From positions 1 to 24,522 of IMG/VR virus record IMGVR_UViG_3300048576_000531: 24,522 bases of DNA; one strand, 5' to 3'. This DNA is from a virus. Its lineage: Duplodnaviria; Caudoviricetes. The notes beneath the pieces were generated by a model. That model was not told the DNA's origin, made no database searches, and was given only the letters and a program-made list of their open reading frames with translations. Position numbers and translations under genes: made by a program. Numbering within the stretch: position 1 is the first letter of the stretch; the number at the start of each line of letters is the position of its first letter. Positions 1-7,498 of this stretch are shown one piece after another.

Positions 1-546
1 TTATTTTTCATTAACAAAGTAAGTTTTTATTGTCTGCTGAATCTCTTTTATATCATCCTTATTCAACTTCAAAAACGGCCTTGCCGGAATTGTAATTGTG
101 TGAGCTTTAAAAGTAAAACCCTGTCCGGGAGCGCCCTTTCCTTTTTTGAACCGTCCTTTTTTATCCCCCTTTTTGTACCGGGCGCGATTAAAAGTTTCGC
201 TTCTTGCGGCCATAGTAATTTTACCGCCTTCCTGCAAAATACGGGCGTAAACTTTGTTTGTTCCCGCAATGGATTCATTATTATCGAAGCGGGTGGATAT
301 TGAACGCAACAAGTTTCCCTTACGGATTAACATTCCGGAAGTATATCCTTTTCTGGATTTATCCTTAAGGGTAGATTTGGCAAGCTGCGGCCAGCCGCCC
401 AATCTTTTTCCTTCAGTCTCGAAATTTTTCTGAACCGCGTTATACATTATTTGAGCGATTTCTCTCATCAGCGGCTTTCGCTCTTTCATTTTACGGAGCA
501 TCGCCCCAATGGTTCTATTAAGAACAACTTTATTCTCATCATCCAT
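1..546 (-). CDS. Phage virion morphogenesis protein (Mu gpG / P2 gpS-like)
   Basis: 181 aa with NFETEG..GWPQLAKST, LIRKGNLLRSI, GTNKVYARILQEGG and C-terminal IPARPFL motifs. It follows MuF, as in Mu. Confidence 0.88.
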   Translation of the reverse strand: MDDENKVVLNRTIGAMLRKMKERKPLMREIAQIMYNAVQKNFETEGKRLGGWPQLAKSTLKDKSRKGYTSGMLIRKGNLLRSISTRFDNNESIAGTNKVYARILQEGGKITMAARSETFNRARYKKGDKKGRFKKGKGAPGQGFTFKAHTITIPARPFLKLNKDDIKEIQQTIKTYFVNEK

Positions 547-575
547 TTGATTTATTTTTTATTTATTGTTATTAT
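547..575 (+). promoter_or_regulatory. Sigma70-type promoter antisense to the packaging operon
   Basis: -35 TTGATT (547-552), 17-nt spacer, extended -10 TG (567-568), then TATTAT (570-575). The predicted +1 at ~581-582 coincides with the first base of the long RNA stem. The region is AT-rich, so a chance match is possible. Confidence 0.7.
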
Positions 576-581
576 TGCGGT

Positions 582-705
582 GAAGATTTAACACAGACTG
601 ATAGCAGGAAATTTTCGGCGCGCCTGCGGCATTATCTGCTCTTAGCAAGCATGAAATGGTATGGTGGGGAGTAGCCGGCCACCCGGTCTGATGTTAAATC
701 TTTCC
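582..705 (+). ncRNA. Candidate structured small RNA, four-way junction (cloverleaf topology)
   Basis: P1 582-600/684-703 (19 bp, bulged A691, G-U pairs at 599/685 and 582/703). P2 GCAGG 604-608/CCTGC 623-627. P3 630-640/648-658 with 7-nt loop CTTAGCA. P4 GGTGG 663-667/CCACC 679-683, abutting P1. A promoter lies upstream and T-rich sequence downstream. Confidence 0.7.
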
Positions 706-1932
706 TTTTATAAGTTTATATTTAGCTTTATCTTGCAAATTCAAAGCCGGGACTCTTAACGCAGTATCGATATAATTAACAATCCCTTTCTGTTTAAGCT
801 TATAATTAACAGTAGCGACAAATTTAGCTTTTTCGTTTCCAAGAGAATAAACGTAAAGGATATTACTATTTGCTTCCTGAAATAAAACTGCTTCTGGATT
901 ATTAACCAACTTTGGTAGATTTTTATAATCTTCAGTAGAAAGAGCTGTGCCTCGTGTTTTATGGATTCCTCTGTCTGCGTGAATCAATTGTTTATCGCTA
1001 AAAACTATAACGCCGGTATTAGGCACAATTCCTTTTTCTTTAAGAAAATTATACACATCATCATCAAGAAAACCGACGGTTTTAGTGTCGCCGGTCAAAG
1101 GTTTCTCTCTTGCAAGGACGCTATCCACCCAATCTTCAAAACCCTGCTGCCATTCGTCCGAATTTACTACATTTGAGATTATATCAGATTTGAGCTTTGC
1201 ATCCTTAAGCCCTTCCACTTTATTCCAGAAAGAAACATCAACTCCGTAATTAGTAGCTCCCGGATTATAAGCCCATTCTTGCGGCGGCAATTCTTTTTCC
1301 GGAGGCAAAGCGTTTTCAGCCTTAAGCCCCAGCTTTACTAAATCGCTTGAAGAGAGCGCAATAACGTAACATCGGCATCCCCAATCATTAGGGGGGTAAT
1401 AAATTTGCCAGAAAGGATGGTCATATCGGTATACTTTATTATTAAGCGCGGCATGTTCGGGCCGGATATTATCATCCATTATCCCTTTATATTGCCAATA
1501 GGGGCGGTTATCAACATTTAAGATAAGCTCTTTGTACCGGCCAACAGAATATGCAACATTCATGTTGGTCTCATAAATAGTAAGCAGTCTTCTTGGACTT
1601 CCAAGTTGAACTTCCTTAGCTTGACCTGTTTTGGGGTCGGTCATTTCCTTTTTTCCCCACCAGCCTTTCGTTATTAAAGTCGGCGTTAAATCTCTCTGGA
1701 ATTGTTTAAATGTAATTCCGTCAGTAAGGCTTTTCAGGCAGGAGTCTTTAATATCCCTTAGAATGTCAACGTTCATAGCTTTTGCAATCGTAAAGGATTT
1801 GTTATGCGCATCCCGCCATACGTCGCGCCAGTCAAAGGATATTTCATATCCTTTGGAGTCTAAATACTTCACTCCATTTTCAGGCGCAAGACTGAATAAG
1901 TACTGTAGGTTAATATTATTTGTTTCCGGCAT
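694..1932 (-). CDS. MuF (Mu gp30/gpF) head morphogenesis protein with C-terminal putative BECR-fold nuclease (PBECR/MuF_C-like) extension
   Basis: MuF domain motifs: FTIAKAMNVDIL, GWWG, RRLLTIYETNM, PYWQY..IMDDNIRPEH, YPPNDWGCRC. An extra ~130-aa C-terminal domain carries LIHADRGIH...EDYKNLPKLVNNPEAV...YIDTA. ATG at 1932 was chosen; GTG at 1938 is the alternative. The C-terminal domain call is less certain than the MuF call. Confidence 0.85.
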   Translation of the reverse strand: MPETNNINLQYLFSLAPENGVKYLDSKGYEISFDWRDVWRDAHNKSFTIAKAMNVDILRDIKDSCLKSLTDGITFKQFQRDLTPTLITKGWWGKKEMTDPKTGQAKEVQLGSPRRLLTIYETNMNVAYSVGRYKELILNVDNRPYWQYKGIMDDNIRPEHAALNNKVYRYDHPFWQIYYPPNDWGCRCYVIALSSSDLVKLGLKAENALPPEKELPPQEWAYNPGATNYGVDVSFWNKVEGLKDAKLKSDIISNVVNSDEWQQGFEDWVDSVLAREKPLTGDTKTVGFLDDDVYNFLKEKGIVPNTGVIVFSDKQLIHADRGIHKTRGTALSTEDYKNLPKLVNNPEAVLFQEANSNILYVYSLGNEKAKFVATVNYKLKQKGIVNYIDTALRVPALNLQDKAKYKLIKGKI

Positions 1933-3415
1933 TAACACGCCCTAAAAGTTCACTGTAGAAAAGCGCTTTTTCAAGGAGATTTTGCAACTGTGTTGTATTC
2001 ATTTTCGGATAAGTCTTAGAAAGCTTTTGGGAAACTTCATTAAAGTTACTTGAATTATGAACAAGGTCAATTACCGGCTTAAGAGTTTGCTCAATTTGTA
2101 GCTGCAGAAGCTTAGCTGGAAGTTTCGAAACAGATTCGCTGATAACATTAGCTTCTTCAGCCTCAGAAAAATTCCCGGGCGAAACCGGAAGGCTGTCGTT
2201 TTGAGCATCAACGATTTCAATTTCATCATCTTCAAAACCGTATGTCCGCTGAAAATATTCCTTGGTAAATTTCACGCCGGTTTCCCTGAGCGTTTTGTCC
2301 CGTGTCGCAATGTCTAAATCAACGTCCTCTTTTTCGTACATAATAAATTCCGGTTGTTCTGAAGAGCCGAAATTTATCTCGCTGATGAAGCCAATTATTG
2401 TATTGATTATGCCGGTCACAATTTGCATGTCAGATTGCGCAAGAGCGTCCGCCACGCCCTGATGCGTCTTTGACGCGGAGAATGAGCCTTTATTTTGAAG
2501 CTCTGTCGTAAGAGTCTCGTTAAGGACGGCCTTTGAAATTTCAGTATTACAAAATTCAGCAAGCCCCCTGAATATATCAGCTGAAGCTCCCTTGCCTGCG
2601 GGTTCTTTAATATCTACGCTTGAGTCATCAGGTATGACGGCCACTGCGTCCTGAATCATATCTTCAAGCGAATCTAATAAGTTATCTTTATCCTTTGAGT
2701 CCGCGCCGCGGGGTAGTTTGCCAATCACCCAGGGTATTCCAAACTTTTCGGTAAAAGTAACCCAAAATTTCATGCCCCCTTTTTTGAAGGCAAGAGGCCA
2801 AAAACAGCGCGATAATATACGGTCGCCGTAAGGATTATCATAACTTGGTTTATGCTGGGCCACACAAAATTTGTAAGGATAACCGGACAGGTCAATTCCG
2901 TTGACGGGATTGTCCTTTGTTTTAAAGCGTAATTCGTTATTGTTACCGAATACAAACCATTCCTGCGGTTTTGCTTGTATTTTAGAAGGAAGCGTAAGAG
3001 AGCCGTCGCTTTGCCAGGTAATTTCTATTGTTTGAAAACCAAACAATACGGCGTCAAGTATCTCGTTAATAAGGTTATGCATATTTATTTTTTTGAATAA
3101 TGCCGTAATAACCTTTGCTTCGCGGCTTTTCGCTTTACCGCGGTCAATTTCCCAAATTAGTTTCAATACATTACTCTTGCGTTGTTCTATCACGCTGGAG
3201 ACATGCGCGTCAACAAGAATGTCGCGGTAAATCCTTATGTCCCGTCCTTGTTTCCTCAGAATGGGATCAGGGTCGGGAAGGTACTCAAAAAAATTCCCGT
3301 AGTAATAAGAGGAATTTTCGCGTAAAGCCACTTCAGTAAACAAACTGTTGTTTCTGCGTTCGGCAAATGAAAGAAAAGAGCCGTCAGGAAGCCAAAGTCC
3401 ATCATTAGTCATCAT
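1916..3415 (-). CDS. Portal protein (Mu gp29 / DUF935 family)
   Basis: 499 aa with DAHVSSVIEQRK, ILDAVLFGFQTIEITW, YDNPYG, FTEKFGIP, CNTEISKAVL.ETLTT. Lies between terminase and MuF. Confidence 0.92.
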   Translation of the reverse strand: MMTNDGLWLPDGSFLSFAERRNNSLFTEVALRENSSYYYGNFFEYLPDPDPILRKQGRDIRIYRDILVDAHVSSVIEQRKSNVLKLIWEIDRGKAKSREAKVITALFKKINMHNLINEILDAVLFGFQTIEITWQSDGSLTLPSKIQAKPQEWFVFGNNNELRFKTKDNPVNGIDLSGYPYKFCVAQHKPSYDNPYGDRILSRCFWPLAFKKGGMKFWVTFTEKFGIPWVIGKLPRGADSKDKDNLLDSLEDMIQDAVAVIPDDSSVDIKEPAGKGASADIFRGLAEFCNTEISKAVLNETLTTELQNKGSFSASKTHQGVADALAQSDMQIVTGIINTIIGFISEINFGSSEQPEFIMYEKEDVDLDIATRDKTLRETGVKFTKEYFQRTYGFEDDEIEIVDAQNDSLPVSPGNFSEAEEANVISESVSKLPAKLLQLQIEQTLKPVIDLVHNSSNFNEVSQKLSKTYPKMNTTQLQNLLEKALFYSELLGRVNAGNK

Positions 3416-4781
3416 AATTCTCCGTTATTTTTTTCGCCTGCCGCCTGCATCTTGAAGATACATTAACAGGGCCGGCGTCTGATTTTGCCGCATGACACAT
3501 TAAGGCCGCGGCCCAGAACCGGTCTGCATGGCCCAATACTTTATCGGCGTCAGCATCAAACCTGATATTATTCGATGCGGTTGTAATTTTACGAATGGAA
3601 TGAAAATCCTCTCTTATGTCATTGTCATCAGGGAATAATATTCCAATATCTTCTATTTTTGTCCGTAGTGAAAAAGCCAGGTCTTCTTTAACTCGCCCGG
3701 TAAATGTCACCCCCTCTACTCTGTTATCCCCGTATTTTTCAACAGCCTCTTCAGCTAACTGCATTCCTAACCCAGTCGAATCAATACATGCGCGGTATAG
3801 TTTCGGATTACCAAGGAGATGGTACAAGTAAGCCTTTTGAATTTTAAAAGGCGTATTTTCCATTATTTTTATATGCCTTGTATATAATGTTCGGCCAATC
3901 TCCTCAGCGACCCACATAACAGTCAGGTGTTTTTTCCGGGCAATGTCTACACCAAGGAACAAGGAGCCTTTTAACTCAAGGTTAAAATATTCGGAAAACT
4001 CATCGTCATTCCAAAGCGTATCAGCTTCACATTTTTGAATTTCCTCATAAGTAAGAAAAGCAGTAGCTCCGTCAATCGCATGACATAAATACTCCTGTTC
4101 CCATGTTTCGCGGTCAAAGCAATCTTCTTCCTGCTGAGACAGCCATTCTTTTCGTTCTGTCGCGGTAGTTTTGCGCTTATAAATTCTATCGACAAGGCCG
4201 TCATCCACCGCTTTGTTAATATCAACGGTATGAAGAGACCAGCGAAGTTTACCCTTCTTTATCGATTCAATGAATTTGTAAAAGCGCGCACTTTTACCAT
4301 TATGCGTGGAAAGTATTCTTAAAGGGAAACCCCATGTTACAGTCGGTTTGGCAGCTTTCCACATGGCAACAGCGTCATCGTGGTGCGCGAATTCATCAAG
4401 GATTACTTTCCCGCCTTTACTTCGGAATGCTTTGGGGTTGGATGAAAGCGCATTTATTCTTGTCCCATTAGTAAATTCTATTGTGAAAGATTTAATATCA
4501 TTTTCAGAATCAATCACTATTTCGCCAAGGTCGCGCGCTCCAATATCAAATAGTTTAGCCCACTTGGCGCAATATAGAATATATTCTTTCGCTGCAGATA
4601 TATCTGCCGATGAGAACCAAACCACGGGAACTCTGTTTGAAACACAATCCTCAACATCCTCATAAGACTGCACATAGGTCGCGCCAATACGCCTGCTTTT
4701 CTCCCAAATTTTTACAGGCGAGGTATCTTTAAGCCATTCAATCTGGTAAGGCAAAAAGTATGCATTTTCTTGTGTATTCAT
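3405..4781 (-). CDS. terL: Terminase large subunit (Mu gp28-like)
   Basis: FLPYQ..W, Walker A-like EKSRRIGAT, Walker B VILDEFAHH, coupling motif ILSTHNG, nuclease motifs LGVDIAR, IDSTGLG and HADRFWA. Confidence 0.95.
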   Translation of the reverse strand: MNTQENAYFLPYQIEWLKDTSPVKIWEKSRRIGATYVQSYEDVEDCVSNRVPVVWFSSADISAAKEYILYCAKWAKLFDIGARDLGEIVIDSENDIKSFTIEFTNGTRINALSSNPKAFRSKGGKVILDEFAHHDDAVAMWKAAKPTVTWGFPLRILSTHNGKSARFYKFIESIKKGKLRWSLHTVDINKAVDDGLVDRIYKRKTTATERKEWLSQQEEDCFDRETWEQEYLCHAIDGATAFLTYEEIQKCEADTLWNDDEFSEYFNLELKGSLFLGVDIARKKHLTVMWVAEEIGRTLYTRHIKIMENTPFKIQKAYLYHLLGNPKLYRACIDSTGLGMQLAEEAVEKYGDNRVEGVTFTGRVKEDLAFSLRTKIEDIGILFPDDNDIREDFHSIRKITTASNNIRFDADADKVLGHADRFWAAALMCHAAKSDAGPVNVSSRCRRQAKKITENYDD

Positions 4782-4810
4782 CTTTTGCGAATGTTCTCCT
4801 CGAGTATATT

Positions 4811-4860
4811 GTTTAAAAGCGTTTAAAAAGCCTTTAAAAACCGTTTCTTGCGTTTAAAAA
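4811..4860. repeat. Helically phased TTTAAAA repeats
   Basis: TTTAAAA at 4812, 4822, 4833 and 4853 (spacing 10, 11, 20) in the terS-terL intergenic gap. Confidence 0.6.
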
Positions 4861-4912
4861 TGGCGGGGGGTAGGCTTATAGCGGTTTGGGCGAACCCCCT
4901 CTTAAAATGCAT

Positions 4913-5305
4913 TTATAGGCCAAGTAAATCTTTCTTGACCATATCAATTGTCTCCTGGCTAATTGACTTCTTTTTATCTGCTTCAACCGGAGTATCACCG
5001 ACATCTACTCCCTGAAAAGATTTTAACGCGCCAATTGATTTTACAAGTGCAAAAATATTCTGAGGAGATGGATTAGTACGAGCTTCTTTTACCTGGGTTT
5101 TTACAAGTTCAATTAAATCTTCCTGAATACTTGCAGTTGAATTCTGGTACTTGGCACGTTCACCATCCCAGTTAAATTCTGTTTTCCAGTTATATAAAGT
5201 TTTTCTTGAAACATTATTCTTCAGCATGTCGGTAATGGTATCAAGGGCAAAGCCCTGAATCACATACAGCCTTTTTGCTTCTTCATAATAAACGGCGCGT
5301 TTCAT
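4913..5305 (-). CDS. Probable terminase small subunit (DUF1804-like HTH protein)
   Basis: N-terminal HTH EEAKRLYV...VSRKTLYNWK....WD. Located directly upstream of terL. Confidence 0.75.
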   Translation of the reverse strand: MKRAVYYEEAKRLYVIQGFALDTITDMLKNNVSRKTLYNWKTEFNWDGERAKYQNSTASIQEDLIELVKTQVKEARTNPSPQNIFALVKSIGALKSFQGVDVGDTPVEADKKKSISQETIDMVKKDLLGL

Positions 5306-5547
5306 AAGCCCCAGTCGTCTTTGATTTTAGCGATTTTCGCTGTAATATCGCGAGCCTGAATTTGCAGGTCGCGAAAATCCTTAACCATAACAAAAGTTTT
5401 TTCCAACTCCAAATCAAGAAATTCAGAAAAAGGGTCAAGGAGCTCTCTTATCTGGATGAGATACGCCTCAGCTTTCATGTTGATAGTTTCGTACTGTTTC
5501 TCTAAGTCGGCAAGGCGCCCCTTTGCCTTTAGTAATTCGCCACTCAT
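5302..5547 (-). CDS. Hypothetical coiled-coil phage protein
   Basis: 81-aa helical, charged ORF with 4-nt overlaps with both neighbours, consistent with translational coupling. Confidence 0.7.
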   Translation of the reverse strand: MSGELLKAKGRLADLEKQYETINMKAEAYLIQIRELLDPFSEFLDLELEKTFVMVKDFRDLQIQARDITAKIAKIKDDWGL

Positions 5548-5777
5548 TTCTTTGCCTCGTTTTTATTGTTGTAGTCAACTTTTATTTCGAGACGGGTTAA
5601 AATACCGGTTAACAATTCCTTGTATTTCACATCGTCCTCCATCAGTTTAAAAATCTGCGTCAGCTGATCTTTAGACTGTTTTTGAAACATTTTCATTGTG
5701 TAATACCAGATAACAAAAAGTATGGTTGGCATACCTCCATTGTTCAGCAGCTTGAGCAGTTCGACGCTTAAATCCAT
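5544..5777 (-). CDS. Small membrane protein, holin-like (one TM plus coiled coil)
   Basis: 77 aa with hydrophobic GGMPTILFVIWYYTM followed by a charged helix. GAGG SD-like sequence upstream. First gene of the leftward arm. Confidence 0.55.
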   Translation of the reverse strand: MDLSVELLKLLNNGGMPTILFVIWYYTMKMFQKQSKDQLTQIFKLMEDDVKYKELLTGILTRLEIKVDYNNKNEAKK

Positions 5778-5955
5778 GCGAGCCTCGTGTGTTAATAAGT
5801 ATAAAATGGTTGGGAAATCTAATCAAACAAGAAGGTCAGTTGGTAATAAATGGGTTAGTAAACGGTTTGTTTGAGAGGCTGATTAACAATAGTTAGTTTG
5901 GCATCATCAAAATTGATTTGTTAAAATAATTCAAGAAATAACAATAAGCAAATTT
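5778..5955. promoter_or_regulatory. Divergent promoter region between packaging and capsid/tail operons
   Basis: 178-bp AT-rich gap between head-to-head genes, with imperfect repeats GGTCAGTTGG (5834), GGTTAGTA (5853), GGTTTGTTTG (5864) and AGTTAGTTTG (5891). Exact promoter boxes were not resolved. Confidence 0.55.
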
Positions 5956-7047
5956 ATGAAGTGGTTTGAAATTTTTAAGGCAGGTACTCATACTGATTCA
6001 TCAGGAGTTGAAAGGAAATATACCGAGAAAGATCTGGATACAATGGTTTCTAAGTATAATCCTTCCGAGCATGAGGCGCCGTTGGTCATAGGACATCCGA
6101 AAACAAACGACCCCGCGTATGGCTGGGTCGAAAAAATAAAAAGAGTCGGCGACCGGCTTCTTGCTTTACCGAAACAAGTCGTCCCTGAATTTGAAGAAAT
6201 GGTCGAAAAGGGAATGTTTAAAAAGATTTCAATGAGCCATTACCCCAATATGACACTACGGCATGTGGGTTTTCTTGGAGCCGTTCCACCCGCGATTAAA
6301 GGGCTTAAGGATATAGAATTTAACGAAGGAGAAAACGAAATAGTAATTGAGTTTTCGGAAAACTACAGAATAAATTCGATTGGCCGGGTTTTCCAAAACC
6401 TGCGCGATTGGCTTATAGAAAAATTTGGTATGGAAGTAGCTGACCAGGTGGCCAGTCAATATGTAATTGATGATTTGAAACAAAATGTGCCGGAAGCTGA
6501 AGGTTTGCCGGATTTTGGTGAAAATAATAATCCCGGAGAGGAAATGGATAATAATGAACTTCAAAAAGAATTGGCGGAATTAAAAACAAAAGTTGCCGAA
6601 TATTCGGAGGCTGTAAAAACAAAAGATGCCGAAAATGCTTTATTAAAGAAACAATTGGCGGACACTCAGACGGCCGAGAGAAAAAAAGATTATACGAGCT
6701 TCTGCGAAAAGCTGATTAAGGAAGGAAGGTTGCTGCCGGCCAATAAAGATTCAGTTATGCAGAATCTTGAAGCGGCCTGGCAGAGCGGAGCCGAGGTCAA
6801 TTATGCTGAAAGTGGCGAAACAAAAACAATTTCCGCAGTTGATAATTTGAAACGTCTTTTGTCCGCAATGCCTGTTAGTATTGATTTTCAAGAAATCGCG
6901 ACAAAGGAAGCGGCCGGAGGCCAGCAATCAGAAAACGAACCTGAAACGCTGGCAAAAAAAGCCCGCGAATATCGCGATAAACAGAAAGGACAGGGGTATG
7001 AAATCTCCTTTACTGAAGCTGTTAATCACGTAAAAGAAAAAAAATAA
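5956..7047 (+). CDS. Prohead protease with C-terminal scaffold (Mu gpI/Z-like organisation)
   Basis: WFEIFKAGTH, HEAPLVIGHP...PAYGWV, KKISMS, LRHVGFLGAVPPAIKGL, followed by a coiled-coil C-terminal half ending ISFTEAVNHV. Confidence 0.88.
   Translation: MKWFEIFKAGTHTDSSGVERKYTEKDLDTMVSKYNPSEHEAPLVIGHPKTNDPAYGWVEKIKRVGDRLLALPKQVVPEFEEMVEKGMFKKISMSHYPNMTLRHVGFLGAVPPAIKGLKDIEFNEGENEIVIEFSENYRINSIGRVFQNLRDWLIEKFGMEVADQVASQYVIDDLKQNVPEAEGLPDFGENNNPGEEMDNNELQKELAELKTKVAEYSEAVKTKDAENALLKKQLADTQTAERKKDYTSFCEKLIKEGRLLPANKDSVMQNLEAAWQSGAEVNYAESGETKTISAVDNLKRLLSAMPVSIDFQEIATKEAAGGQQSENEPETLAKKAREYRDKQKGQGYEISFTEAVNHVKEKK
6544..7047 (+). CDS. Putative nested in-frame scaffold protein (internal start)
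   Basis: GGAGAGG at 6535-6541 directly before in-frame ATG 6544 (codon 197), at the start of the coiled coil. Parallels Mu gpZ inside gpI. Confidence 0.6.
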   Translation: MDNNELQKELAELKTKVAEYSEAVKTKDAENALLKKQLADTQTAERKKDYTSFCEKLIKEGRLLPANKDSVMQNLEAAWQSGAEVNYAESGETKTISAVDNLKRLLSAMPVSIDFQEIATKEAAGGQQSENEPETLAKKAREYRDKQKGQGYEISFTEAVNHVKEKK

Positions 7048-7084
7048 AAAATTAAAATATTCAAAAAAAATATTTGGAGCGGAA

Positions 7085-7462
7085 ATGAATAATCCGGATA
7101 GGATAAAAAACTATATAGCTGAATCAGCTATCGGACAGTACAGAATCGGAAAATTCGGGTCAACCGATGATATGATTGTGCAGGCTAATGCGGCTTCGGA
7201 TTCTCTAATTGGCGTTTGCTGTCAGCCTGGAGGAGCGGCAATCGGGGATAGAGCGGATATGGTATTAACCGGTGCAACAGAAGTCGAGTATGGCGGTTCA
7301 GTTGCAAGAGGCGACAGATTAACTACGGATGCCTCCGGCAGAGCTGTTACCGCCTCTCCTTCTACCGGCGTAATAAATAATATAATTGGCCTTGCAATGG
7401 AAAGCGGAATAGCCGGGACAATTGGCTCTGTCCTGTTCGCGCAAAGCCAGATAAAAGGTTAA
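7085..7462 (+). CDS. Capsid cement/decoration protein (DUF2190-like)
   Basis: 125 aa, Gly/Ala-rich, with VARGDRLTTDASGRAV and IIGLAMESGIAG. Lies between scaffold and capsid. GGAG upstream. Confidence 0.8.
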   Translation: MNNPDRIKNYIAESAIGQYRIGKFGSTDDMIVQANAASDSLIGVCCQPGGAAIGDRADMVLTGATEVEYGGSVARGDRLTTDASGRAVTASPSTGVINNIIGLAMESGIAGTIGSVLFAQSQIKG

Positions 7463-7498
7463 AAGATATTTTTAAAATAATTTTATAAGGATAAAAAA

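Noticed and set aside
582-705. Bona fide tRNA gene
   Set aside because: The topology is cloverleaf-like, but it has a 19-bp closing stem, no GTTCRA T-loop, oversized loops and no CCA end.
961-1176. Plus-strand 71-aa ORF as a possible immunity protein downstream of the antisense promoter
   Set aside because: It lies wholly antisense within the MuF domain, ~380 nt from the predicted +1 and beyond the stem and T-rich tract, with no clear SD and shadow-like composition.
4823-4912. 29-codon minus-strand ORF MHFKRGFAQTAISLPPAIFKRKKRFLKAF after terS
   Set aside because: It is very short, runs through the A/T-tract repeats and has no recognisable motif. It cannot be supported as a gene.
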